This document shows, piece after piece, positions 9,836 through 18,895 of a stretch of DNA of 64,000 bases. The DNA lies in contig JAPOWQ010000069.1 in assembly GCA_026707585.1 (NCBI GenBank), positions 2,035 through 66,034 of the forward strand. Direction: 5' to 3'. This stretch comes from Chloroflexota bacterium. GTDB taxonomy: Bacteria; Chloroflexota; UBA11872. A program made the position numbers and the translations under genes. Under the pieces are notes generated by a model that was not told the origin of the DNA, did no database searches, and worked only from the letters and a program-made list of their open reading frames with translations. The first letter of the stretch is position 1, and each line of letters starts with the position of its first letter.

Positions 9836-12169
9836 GTGAGACTCAGGCTCCTCGCAGGCTTGGTGCTGGTCTCGGCCGCCAGCCTGCTGTTCGAGATCGC
9901 CCTCACCCGCGTCTATGCGATCGCCCACGGCCACCACTTCGCCTTCGTCGCCATCGCCATGGCCCTCCTCGGCATCGGCGCGGCCGGAACCCTCACGGCA
10001 ACGTCAGCTCGCGTGGCCGGAGCCGCGCCGCACACGGCCATCGGCTGGGCCGGCGCGCTCTTCGCCCTCACCGCCGTTGGCGCCTACGTCACGGCCGACC
10101 GTATCCCCCTGGACACCTATCGGATTGGCACGGATGCCACCCAGCTCGCCTGGCTCGCCCTCTTCTTCATCGTGGCCGCCGTCCCCTTCACCTGCGCCGG
10201 CGTCGCCGTGGTCGCCGCGCTACGCCACAGCCCGTCCGGTGCGGGCACGACCTATGGCGCCAGTCTCGCCGGGTCGGCCGCCGGCGCCGCCCTGGCCGTA
10301 CCGCTCCTTGGCCTCGTTGGATCGGCTGCAACGATCCTGCTCGCCGGGGCGCTGGCCATGGCCGCGCCGCTGCTCCTGGCCTCTCGACTGCCGGCCACCA
10401 TCGGCGCCCTGTCGGGATTGGGCCTCATCGCCGTAGCCATCGCCATCGCTCCGGCAGGGCCCCGTGTCTCCGTCCACTCACAACTCGCCCAGGCCCTGCA
10501 ACGTCCGGACGCCCACCGCCTCGACACGAAACTCTCATCCAATTCACGCGTCGACATCCTCCAAAACGCCGGCTTCCGAACCGCCACCGGCCTAAGCCTG
10601 AACTACGCCGGATCCGTCCCCCGACCCCGCCTTGGCCTTACTGTCGATGGCGGCAACGCGGCGGCGCTGGACGTTCCGCTCACCGAAGCCCTCGACCACG
10701 TCCCCCTCGCCCATGCCATCACCCTGCGGCCCGTCGCGTCGGCCCTGCTACTCGATCCAATCGGCGCGTTCGACACCGCCGTCCTGCTCCGCGCCGGCAT
10801 TGACGAAATCGACCTCGTCCAGCCCGACGCCGCGCTGCGCAACGCCTGGCAGTCTGCAGGCGAGGACACCGTCCTGAACGACAACCGCGTCCGCATCCTC
10901 GATCGCGGCGTCCGCTCGGTCCTTCGATCGGCCACCGGCTACGACCTGATCGTCTGGCCCTTGCGCGAGTCCTTCCAGGGCGTCGCCGCCGGCACCTTCG
11001 GCCTGCGCGAGACCTACGCCCTCACCCGCAACGCCCTCGCCGACGGCTGGCGCGCCCTGGCGCCCACCGGCCGCCTGGTCGTCACCCGCTGGCTGCAAGC
11101 CACCCCCTCCGAGTCCGTCCGCATGTGGGCATCCCTGCTCGACGCGCTTCGCCAATCCGGCATCACCGACCCCGCCCCCCACGTCCTGGCCTGGCGCTCA
11201 CTCGAAGTCGTCACCATGCTCGCCTCCCCAACACCCTTTACGGAGACAGAACGCCAGGCGCTATCAACCGAACTCGAACGCGACGGCTTCGACTGGGTGT
11301 TCCACGCCAACCTCGACGAAGCCGATTCCAACCGCTTCAACCGCCTGCCCGACACCTCGCTATTCCGCGCCTTTCAAGCCGTGATTCAGGGCAAACCAAC
11401 CCCCGCGGCCTGGGCGCCCGTCACCGACGACCGCCCCTACTTCTTCCACTACTTCGACTGGACCCAGTGGCGCCAGGTCCTGTCCACCACCGGACGCACC
11501 TGGCAGCCCTTCGGCGGAGCCGGATTCCTGGTCCTTGTCCCGCTGGCGGCGGCTGCCACCGGCGCGGCCGTCCTCACAATGATCGCGCCACTCATGGGCC
11601 AACGCCGACGCGGTGCAACCCGTGTTGGCGTCCGCCGTCTCGCCTTCGTCGCCGCCGCCGGCGTCGCCTTCACCGCCACCCAGATCGCCCTGCTGCAGCG
11701 CCTCATCCTCGTGCTCGACGCGCCCACAGTGGCCTTCGCCACCGGCATCGCCGCCATGCTCGCCTGGGCCGGTCTCGGCAGCCTGACCTCGCGCTGGTGG
11801 CGGCCTCACCCACGAACGGCTGCCCTCATGGCCGCAATCAGCGTGTTTCTCCTGGGTGGCCTGCTGCTGGCTGCCCCGGTCGCCCTGGGTACGCCCCTGG
11901 CCGTTCGCCTGGCCTCAGCTGTCCTGGCGGCCTCGCCGTCCCTGGCCCTGGGAACCGTCATGCCCGCCGCCATCCGCGCGCTGGCCAACGACGGCGCCGC
12001 CATCTCCTGGGCCTGGGCCGTCAACGGCACCGCCTCCGTGGCCGCCGCCTTCGTCGCCGCCATCCTCATCGTCTCCATCGGCTTCGCCTGGACCCTCCTC
12101 GCCGCCGCCCTCGCCTACGCCCTCGCCGCGCCCCTCTGGAAGCCTCTGCACATCGCCCCGGATCCCTAA
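9836..12169 (+). CDS. Multi-pass membrane protein with a central spermidine-synthase-like (PABS/methyltransferase-fold) domain
   Basis: 777 aa. The N-terminal LLFEIALTRVYAIAHGHHFAFVAIAMALLG and many hydrophobic spans flank a soluble domain (about aa 230-540). This is typical of fused MFS/spermidine-synthase-like proteins. Confidence 0.55.
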   Translation: MRLRLLAGLVLVSAASLLFEIALTRVYAIAHGHHFAFVAIAMALLGIGAAGTLTATSARVAGAAPHTAIGWAGALFALTAVGAYVTADRIPLDTYRIGTDATQLAWLALFFIVAAVPFTCAGVAVVAALRHSPSGAGTTYGASLAGSAAGAALAVPLLGLVGSAATILLAGALAMAAPLLLASRLPATIGALSGLGLIAVAIAIAPAGPRVSVHSQLAQALQRPDAHRLDTKLSSNSRVDILQNAGFRTATGLSLNYAGSVPRPRLGLTVDGGNAAALDVPLTEALDHVPLAHAITLRPVASALLLDPIGAFDTAVLLRAGIDEIDLVQPDAALRNAWQSAGEDTVLNDNRVRILDRGVRSVLRSATGYDLIVWPLRESFQGVAAGTFGLRETYALTRNALADGWRALAPTGRLVVTRWLQATPSESVRMWASLLDALRQSGITDPAPHVLAWRSLEVVTMLASPTPFTETERQALSTELERDGFDWVFHANLDEADSNRFNRLPDTSLFRAFQAVIQGKPTPAAWAPVTDDRPYFFHYFDWTQWRQVLSTTGRTWQPFGGAGFLVLVPLAAAATGAAVLTMIAPLMGQRRRGATRVGVRRLAFVAAAGVAFTATQIALLQRLILVLDAPTVAFATGIAAMLAWAGLGSLTSRWWRPHPRTAALMAAISVFLLGGLLLAAPVALGTPLAVRLASAVLAASPSLALGTVMPAAIRALANDGAAISWAWAVNGTASVAAAFVAAILIVSIGFAWTLLAAALAYALAAPLWKPLHIAPDP

Positions 12170-12304
12170 ACGTGCATCCGCCTCTTAGGTCTCTTTCCTG
12201 GGAGACTCATGCAAAACTTCCCAAGACCTCGAATCTGCGGCTGCTCGTACTCCAGCCCCGGGGGAGAGCAACGGTGTTCGGCTTCAATCTATTCAAGCGG
12301 ACGC

Positions 12305-12795
12305 CGATCTTTACCCTCTCCTGGGGGAGAGGCGGATTCCGGCGTCTTCGCCGGAAATCGGTGAGGGGTCTTCCGGGCAACCAGCCTCGGGATACGCAAG
12401 GGTCTCAACTGGGAGAGAGAGTCGGAGCCTGCCCCGGTCACGATCCGGGGGTGAGGGTCTTCCGGTCTCGATCCACCCGCCCGCACCCGCAGACGGACTC
12501 CAACCTCCAATGGGCGCGGCGCTCTTCACCCTCTCCTGGGGGAGAGGCAGATTCCGGCGTCTTCGCCGGAAATCGGTGAGGGGTCTTCCGGTCGCGATCG
12601 CCCCGCCAGCGACCACGCACAGCCGCAGTCCACCACTCGGGCCACCATTCTTCTCCCTCGCCCTTGAGGGAGAGGGCTGGGGTGAGGGTGGCTGCCTCGG
12701 TGAAGCAGCCAAGCCTCAGTCGAGCACCTCCCCCGGGGCCGCCCCTCTTCACCCTCTCCTGGGGAAGAGGATGAGAGGCCTTCCGCGCACCCACC
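12305..12795. repeat. Cluster of hairpin-forming intergenic repeats (families A and B)
   Basis: Family A, CTCTTCACCCTCTCCTGGGGGAGAGGCAGATTCCGGCGTCTTCGCCGGAAATCGGTGAGGGGTCTTCCG, occurs at about 12311, 12520 and, in degenerate form, 12745. Family B, CCCTCGCCCTTGAGGGAGAGGGCTGGGGTGAGGGTGGCTGCCTCGGTGAAGCAGCC, occurs at about 12655. Confidence 0.9.
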
Positions 12796-12825
12796 CTCGA
12801 ACTACGCAAACGTCTCTCTGCCCCA

Positions 12826-13617
12826 CTACCGATCCACCGCCGACATCTCCCCCGTAAGCGGCACGAACCGCACCAGCCCCAGGTTCTCCGCCACCACCCC
12901 GTCCGCCGTCTGCTCGATCAGCCACAGCGTCTGGTAAAACCCCGGCGGCCCCACCGGCACGATCATCCGCCCGCCCAGCTTCAGCTGCCGGATCAGCGGT
13001 TGCGGCACGTGGTCCGGCGCCGCCGTCACGATGATGCCGTCAAAGGGCGCTTCGTCCTCCCAGCCGAAATAGCCGTCGTCCGTCCGCTGCTCGATGCCCT
13101 CGTAACCCGCGCCCCGCAGGTTCTCCTCCGACCACCCGGCCAGCGCCGGAATAATCTCCACGCTGTAGACCTTGGCGCCCATCTCCGCCAGCACCGCCGC
13201 CTGGTACCCCGAGCCGGTCCCGATCTCCAGCACCCGGTCCCCCGGCGAGATTCCCAGCGCCTCCGTCATCATCGCCACGATCAGCGGCTGCGAGATCGTC
13301 TGCCCCTCGCCGATCGGCAGCGGCCGGTTCTCGTACGCCTCGTTCACATTCTCCGGCCGCACGAACCGGTGCCGGTCCACCCGCTCCACCGCCTCCAGCA
13401 CCGGCTCCGAAATCCCACGCTCCGACGCCCGGATTTCGGCCATGAGCTTCGAACGCCGTTCGGCAAACACACCGTCGTCACGGCCATCGGCCGCAGGCGT
13501 TCTGCTGGCCGACTCGCCGCACGCCGCCAACACCAGGGCCGCGATCAGAACCGCGAATCCGGCAAGCAGGGCGACCCTACGGAACATCCGAAACCCCATC
13601 TCCCGGTCAGGCGACAT
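12826..13617 (-). CDS. pcm: Protein-L-isoaspartate O-methyltransferase with N-terminal lipoprotein-type signal
   Basis: It has the same PIMT motifs as 6389-7006 (GQTISQPLIVAMMTEAL, VLEIGTGSGYQAAVLAEMG). The N-terminus MFRRVALLAGFAVLIAALVLAAC/GES has a lipobox (LAAC). The start could be 13617 or 13587. Confidence 0.8.
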   Translation of the reverse strand: MSPDREMGFRMFRRVALLAGFAVLIAALVLAACGESASRTPAADGRDDGVFAERRSKLMAEIRASERGISEPVLEAVERVDRHRFVRPENVNEAYENRPLPIGEGQTISQPLIVAMMTEALGISPGDRVLEIGTGSGYQAAVLAEMGAKVYSVEIIPALAGWSEENLRGAGYEGIEQRTDDGYFGWEDEAPFDGIIVTAAPDHVPQPLIRQLKLGGRMIVPVGPPGFYQTLWLIEQTADGVVAENLGLVRFVPLTGEMSAVDR

Positions 13618-13862
13618 GGGCCTTCGTCACCCTTGCGCTGCCCGAAGCTTGGCACACGCCACTACAAACCGATCACAGCCCTCCCGCCCAAAGAGACCCT
13701 TGTCCCCGGGGCCCTCGGGCTCGCAGTTGCTCCTTAGCCCCTCACCTCTGCGGACTGCGGACATCCCCGCCTACAATGCTGTAGGGCGGTTGTTCATTGA
13801 CATTCGACTCGTTGTCACCTGATCGGCGGGGAACAAGAATCCCCGTCACGGAGGACCCGCCC

Positions 13863-14111
13863 ATGGACACCACCCCCATTGTTGTGACGATTGTCAGCGT
13901 TGGAGCAGCCATGCTCGTCACATTCGTCGGGGTAGCGTTCAGGCTGGGCGCAGTGCTGGGCAAGATTCAAGAGCAGGTCGAGGCTATCCCGCAACTTCGC
14001 CAGGATGTGCACGCGTTGTCCGGTCGCGTCGACGGATTGACCGAGCGGGTTTCCCGCATCGAAGGCGTCATCGAAGGCGTCCTGTCCAGCCGCGCCCCTC
14101 CGTCCGGCTGA
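13863..14111 (+). CDS. Small membrane protein with C-terminal coiled-coil-like segment (hypothetical)
   Basis: MDTTPIVVTIVSVGAAMLVTFVGVAFRLGAVLG is one TM helix. It is followed by heptad-like KIQEQVEAIPQLRQDVHALSGRVDGLTERVSRIEGVIEGV. No family was recognised. Confidence 0.4.
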   Translation: MDTTPIVVTIVSVGAAMLVTFVGVAFRLGAVLGKIQEQVEAIPQLRQDVHALSGRVDGLTERVSRIEGVIEGVLSSRAPPSG

Positions 14112-14304
14112 TACCTGGTCGATCCCGACACCCAGCCCACTGGACCTCGCCGGGTTGGCCCCTCGGCCCGTTCAGCGCCTACCCGAACCTGCGGAACAGA
14201 TCGATGGCGATTCCACGAACCGGTCTAACGCGCAACCGACCGCGACGCTGCCTCTTCCTACCTCTCGTCGGAGACCCTTGTACCACGGCCTCGAAGTCGC
14301 AGGC

Positions 14305-14862
14305 GCGGCGCTCTTCACCCTCTCCCAGGGGAGAGGCAGAACCTGCCCCGGACTTGATCCGGGGTTCGGCCGTCCCCGGCCCAAACCGGTGAGGGACGTC
14401 CGCGCACCCACCCCGGCTACGACGCGGCTCGGGCCAGGGTCGAATTCCTTCTGTGAGACGCCGTTCTTTCTCCCTCTCCATTGAGGGAGAGGGTTGGGGT
14501 GAGGGTGGATGCCTCGGTGAATCAACCAAGCCAAAGTCGAGCACCTTCCGCCGGGGCCGCCGCTCTTCACCCTCTCCAAGGGGGAGAGGCAGACTCGGCC
14601 GTCTTCGGCCGAATTCGGTGAGGGGTCTCCGCCCCAAGCCGGACCCCACCACCCACTCCCGGGCCACTGACTCGCACTCAGCAGGCCGGCCTCTTCCTCC
14701 CTCTCCATTGAGGGAGAGGGCTGGGGTGAGGGTGGCTGCCTCGGTGAAGCAGCCAAACCGAAGTCGAGCACACTCCTCCGGAGCCGCCCCTCTTCACCCT
14801 CTCCTGGGGGAGAGGCAGATTCGGGCGTCTTCGGCCGAAATCGGTGAGGGGTCTTCCGCGCA
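14305..14862. repeat. Second cluster of family A/B hairpin repeats (B-A composite units)
   Basis: Family A copies lie at about 14305, 14560 and 14780. Family B copies lie at about 14470 and 14695. They share the CCCTCTCC-N4-GGAGAGGG hairpins of the 12.3-12.8 kb cluster. Confidence 0.9.
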
Positions 14863-15032
14863 ACCAAGCCCTATTCATCCCCACCGTACTGTCTCTCTCA
14901 CCCCCTCACTTCTCTCCGCTCACTCCTTTCCTTCGAGTAAGAGTCCTCCTGCCACCCGCCCAGTGTCACGCCAACATCGCTCAATGCCAGAATACGCCCA
15001 ACTCACCACCCCCACTCCAAGCGAGCAAAACC

Positions 15033-15794
15033 ATGGCAGACCTCAAAGAACGCGTCGCCGTCGTCACCGGCGGCGGCACCGGCATCGGCAAAGGCATCGC
15101 CACGCGGCTGGCGGCCGAAGGGTGCCGCCTCATGGTCTCCGCCTCCGCCAACATCGCCGGGGCCGAACAGCTACGCGATGAGCTGCGCGCCAACGGCGCC
15201 GAGATCGAAATCACCCAGGCCGACTTCCGCGACCCCGATACCGCCCGCGGCGTCGTCACCGGCGCGATTGAGCGCTACGGCCAGCTCGACATCCTCGTCA
15301 ACAACGCCGGCTGGACCCTCAGCGAAGACTTCCTCGAAGGCAACACCCAGAACTGGCTGGACATCTTCAACATCAACCTCATCGCCATGATCGTCGCCAG
15401 CCAGGAAGCCGGCCGACACATGGTCCAGCGCGGCTCCGGCCGCATCATCAACATCAGCTCCGTCCACGGCTACGTCCACCTCGTCCAGAACGTCGTCTAC
15501 GCCGGGACCAAGGGCGGCATCAACGGCTTCACCCGCGCCCTGGCGCTGGCCCTGGCCCCCCACGGCGTCACCTGCAACGTCATCGCCCCCGGCGCCATCC
15601 AGGTCGACCGCTACGCCGACCAGAACCTCAACCCCTCCACCATCGGCACCACCATCCCCGCCGGCCGCGTCGGCCAGCCCTCAGAGATCGCCGCCGCCGT
15701 CGTCTACCTCGCCTCCGACGACGCCTCCTACGTCAACGGCGAAACCCTCTACGTCGACGGCGCCCTCACCACCCGCATGGCCATCGGCATCTAA
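15033..15794 (+). CDS. Short-chain dehydrogenase/reductase (FabG / glucose 1-dehydrogenase-like)
   Basis: It starts MADLKERVAVVTGGGTGIGKGIA (TGxxxGIG), then NNAG, then S..YAGTKGG (YxxxK) and a PG motif. The ATG is at 15033. Confidence 0.85.
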   Translation: MADLKERVAVVTGGGTGIGKGIATRLAAEGCRLMVSASANIAGAEQLRDELRANGAEIEITQADFRDPDTARGVVTGAIERYGQLDILVNNAGWTLSEDFLEGNTQNWLDIFNINLIAMIVASQEAGRHMVQRGSGRIINISSVHGYVHLVQNVVYAGTKGGINGFTRALALALAPHGVTCNVIAPGAIQVDRYADQNLNPSTIGTTIPAGRVGQPSEIAAAVVYLASDDASYVNGETLYVDGALTTRMAIGI

Positions 15795-15818
15795 CCCCGC
15801 CGCCCGCGCCCCCTCTTT

Positions 15819-16010
15819 CGTAGGGGCGGGTCCCCGACCCGCCCGTCTTCCGGTCGAGATGCCCACCCGTCCCCGTGCCCATGTGGCCCTGGCTGCGTGC
15901 AGCCTGGGACCTCCGATCACCGCCAGCCCCACCAGGCAACCCAACCAGGCTCCCGCCCGCCGTATCCAATTCCTCGTAGGGGCGGCGTCCGAGACCCGCC
16001 CGTCTTCCGT
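15819..16010. repeat. Two further small repeat families (C and D)
   Basis: Family C, CGTAGGGGCGG(G/C)..CCGA(C/G)ACCCGCCCGTCTTCCG, occurs at 15819-15855 and 15974-16010. Family D, GGCCC(T/A)GGCTGCG(T/C)(G/A)CAGCCTGGGACCTCC, occurs at 15885-15914 and again at 16441-16470. Confidence 0.85.
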
Positions 16011-16652
16011 CTACCGCCGTTCGTCGTGAGCCCGTCCCGTCTACCCACCGTCCCGAGTCAAACCCCATCCCCACCAGCCTTGCCTGCAATACCCGCAACG
16101 CCTCCGATCAAACGACCCGCCTCCAGATGAGTCGCCTGCGGGCATCGTCCAGACCGACGCCATGAACTTTCCTGCTGACCTTCGGACTGGCGCGATCCGA
16201 AACTGCGGAAAGCGTCTACCCAACTGCGTCTGAAGCCGGCGGCCTCAGGTCAATCCGCATCTCCGCAATCCGTTCCGAATCCCTCGCCACGCCGCGCCGT
16301 TCCAGCACGGCCAGCATGTCCTCCTGCCTCGGCTGACCGAACGCCAGTCGATACAGCGCCAGCGACTCCTGCAACCGTGCCCACCGCTCCTCGTCCCGAC
16401 TCAGCGGAAACGCCATGCTGCGCCGCTGGATCCGCCTTGTGGCCCAGGCTGCGCACAGCCTGGGACCTCCCAAATCCGTTCGCAGTGAGCCGCTCCGGAG
16501 TCTTTCAAAGAGCCTGGCCCGAGCTCTTCGAACGCGGAGGCGAACCGAACTACGAACCAAGACTCTCGACACCCAAGTCTGAACCGCCGCAGAGCGCGTA
16601 GACTGCTTCTCGAAGATCGAAGCATCCAAGTCCATTTGGCGGGGCGGATTTC

Positions 16653-17768
16653 ATGATGACCGATGACGGTCAACTGACGGCACAGGCCGATGCGGGGTCC
16701 GAAGAGATCGAAGGCCTGGGATACGACCAGCCCGGCTCTTGGGGTGACTACCCAATCGACACGCTGCTAATTCGACACGAGCCGCGCACTGTGCACGACG
16801 TTCTACGGCGAATCGAACAGGGCCGCTTCGTTATGGACCCGGATTTCCAGCGTGAGTTCATCTGGGACGATGACAAGCAAAGCAAGCTCATCGAATCTGT
16901 AATGATGCGAATCCCTCTTCCAGTCTTCTATCTTGCCGAGGATCCCCAAGGTCGCATGGTGGTTGTTGACGGCCTGCAGCGCCTATCGACCTTCCATCGC
17001 TTCGTAAATAACGAACTTCGGCTTCGACTCAGCGAACGACCCGAGCTGGATGGGAAGAGATTCTGTGATCTGCCTCACAGGATACAGAATCGCGTAGAGG
17101 ACTGCAATCTTATCCTCTATATACTCGACGCTAAGGTTCCCGACCAGACCCGATTGGACATCTTTGAGCGCGTTAATGGTGGCGTGCCGTTAACCCGGCA
17201 ACAGATGCGCAACTGCCTGTACATGGGCGACGCCACCCGTTTCCTGAGAAAGGAGTCGCGGACGGATCTCTTCAAGCGTGCGACCGGCGGAAGTCTACGA
17301 TGGCAGACGATGCGAGACCGCGAGTTCGTCAATCGCTTCTGCGCATTCCAGATCCTTGACCTCGATGAGTACCGTGACATGGATGAATTCCTGGCGAGAT
17401 GCTTGACTAAGATGAACAAACAGGTAGATGTACTGCCGATATTATCGAGGCAGTTCGAATTGACGCTTGGCAACAATCTCCATCTATTTGGTAAACATGC
17501 CTTCCGTAAGCATGCGCCGGATCAAGAGCATCGAAGCGTGATTAACGCTTCGATTTGGGATGTAATGTCCACCGGGCTCTCGCGATACTCGCAGCAATCG
17601 GTGGAAGAACACTCGGAGAGATTGCAGGCTGAATTCTATCGACTCTTGCAAGACGAAGACTTTATGAATGCGATCACTTATGGAACAAGCGATGCAAAGC
17701 GAGTGCATCGTCGATTTGAGATGTCAAACGCTATGTTAGAGGATGTTCTTGGTGCTTACGCAGCTTGA
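16653..17768 (+). CDS. DUF262 (ParB/GmrS-like N-terminal domain) protein, no DUF1524/His-Me nuclease domain
   Basis: 371 aa. PDFQREFIW (aa 63-71), QSKLIESVMMRIPLPVFYL, VVVDGLQRLSTF (DGQQR-type motif, aa 106-110) and IFERVNGGVPLT are DUF262 hallmarks. The C-terminal half shows no recognisable catalytic motif. Confidence 0.8.
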   Translation: MMTDDGQLTAQADAGSEEIEGLGYDQPGSWGDYPIDTLLIRHEPRTVHDVLRRIEQGRFVMDPDFQREFIWDDDKQSKLIESVMMRIPLPVFYLAEDPQGRMVVVDGLQRLSTFHRFVNNELRLRLSERPELDGKRFCDLPHRIQNRVEDCNLILYILDAKVPDQTRLDIFERVNGGVPLTRQQMRNCLYMGDATRFLRKESRTDLFKRATGGSLRWQTMRDREFVNRFCAFQILDLDEYRDMDEFLARCLTKMNKQVDVLPILSRQFELTLGNNLHLFGKHAFRKHAPDQEHRSVINASIWDVMSTGLSRYSQQSVEEHSERLQAEFYRLLQDEDFMNAITYGTSDAKRVHRRFEMSNAMLEDVLGAYAA

Positions 17769-18894
17769 ATTACGCTCGTTCAAATGCTTCGATATCCTGC
17801 GGCTGCCCCTAGCGCAACTGACACTGCTGACGGGTCTTAACAGCGCAGGCAAGTCGTCAGTTCTGCAAGCGCTAGTTCTCTTGCACCAAACCATGCGCGA
17901 ACATGAATGGTCGACTCGGCTTGCGCTAAATGGCATTGGCGTTCGATTGGGTGCGGTGGCTGACGTGGTCGACGAGCAATCCAGCAGCACTGGATTCGAG
18001 ATCGCACTAGAGGATCAGACCAATTCCTATCGTTGGGCGTTCGTTGGCGACCGACGCGACATGTCCATGCAAGTCCAACGTGTTGTGTTCAACGACCGAA
18101 TGCTGGAGCAACCCAAGGAACTGCGATACTTGTTGCCCTTACGCGCACCAGACTCGGTTGAGTCGCTGGCAATGCGCATAAGGAATCTAGTCTATGTAAC
18201 CGCGGAGCGACTTGCCCCACAGGATTCGTATGTGCTTGAAGACCCGCACGTCGTAACCGATGTTGGACCTCGCGGCGAACACGCGCTGAGTGTGTTGCAC
18301 TGGGGACGTGATGACTCTGTGCCTGATCAGCTTACTTTGCCCGACGTCTCTCCTCTCCGACTCCGACAGGTTGAGGCGCGTATGGGGAGTCTATTCCCAG
18401 GCTTTGCGATTGATCTCCAGCAGGCACCACGGGCGACCGTCGTGACGCTGGGGTTGCGAACATCGGAGGCTGAAGAATTTCACCGTCCAGTACACACTGG
18501 TTTTGGCCTTACACAGGTGTTACCCGTCGTCGTTGCCGCCCTCTCAGCGGTCAAGGGCGATATCCTCTTGATCGAGAACCCGGAGGTACATCTCCATCCG
18601 GCCGGTCAGGCCATGATGGGACAGTTCACAGTCGACGCAGCGCGCGCTGGGATTCAGGTCATCGTTGAGACCCACAGCGACCATGTGCTAAACGGAATTC
18701 GTCGGGCGGTCAAGGCAGGTCGGCTGTCTGCGGAGCAAGTGGCTATTCACTTCTTCAGGCCTCGGTCCGACGAAGGACCGCAAGTCTTGAGTCCGGTGCT
18801 TGACGACACCGGGAACATCGACGACTGGCCCGATGGATTCTTTGACCAGTTCGATAAGGATGCAAACTACTTCGCTGGCTGGGCTGACGTCTAG
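17743..18894 (+). CDS. ABC/SMC-type AAA ATPase with DUF3696-like C-terminus
   Basis: The motifs are Walker A GLNSAGKS (aa 31-38), ILLIENPEVHLHP (Walker B/D-loop, aa 274-286), ETHSDH (H-loop) and the tail DDWPDGFFDQFDKD. It overlaps the upstream gene by 26 nt. An in-frame GTG at 17752 with GAGG 10 nt upstream is an alternative start. Confidence 0.8.
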   Translation: MFLVLTQLELRSFKCFDILRLPLAQLTLLTGLNSAGKSSVLQALVLLHQTMREHEWSTRLALNGIGVRLGAVADVVDEQSSSTGFEIALEDQTNSYRWAFVGDRRDMSMQVQRVVFNDRMLEQPKELRYLLPLRAPDSVESLAMRIRNLVYVTAERLAPQDSYVLEDPHVVTDVGPRGEHALSVLHWGRDDSVPDQLTLPDVSPLRLRQVEARMGSLFPGFAIDLQQAPRATVVTLGLRTSEAEEFHRPVHTGFGLTQVLPVVVAALSAVKGDILLIENPEVHLHPAGQAMMGQFTVDAARAGIQVIVETHSDHVLNGIRRAVKAGRLSAEQVAIHFFRPRSDEGPQVLSPVLDDTGNIDDWPDGFFDQFDKDANYFAGWADV

Positions 18895-18895
18895 T

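Noticed and set aside
11125-12579. 484-aa plus-strand ORF that runs out of the membrane-protein gene into the repeat cluster.
   Set aside because: It is Arg/Pro-rich, out of frame with the hydrophobic 9836-12169 protein, and continues through non-coding hairpin repeats.
12289-15181. I considered whether the repeat clusters were a CRISPR array or whether the ORFs across them (12311-12712, 14172-14867, 14453-15181) were genes.
   Set aside because: The repeats belong to two alternating families of 70-80 bp with internal hairpins. Their spacing is irregular and there are no unique spacers of constant length. The ORFs are just translated repeats (…PLSWGRGRFRRLRRKSVRGLP…).
16216-16635. 139-aa minus-strand ORF (or a 66-aa version from the ATG at 16416) just left of the defence island.
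   Set aside because: Its N-terminal half reads through a copy of repeat family D (16441-16470). The short version has no motif and no clear ribosome-binding site, so I did not call it a gene.
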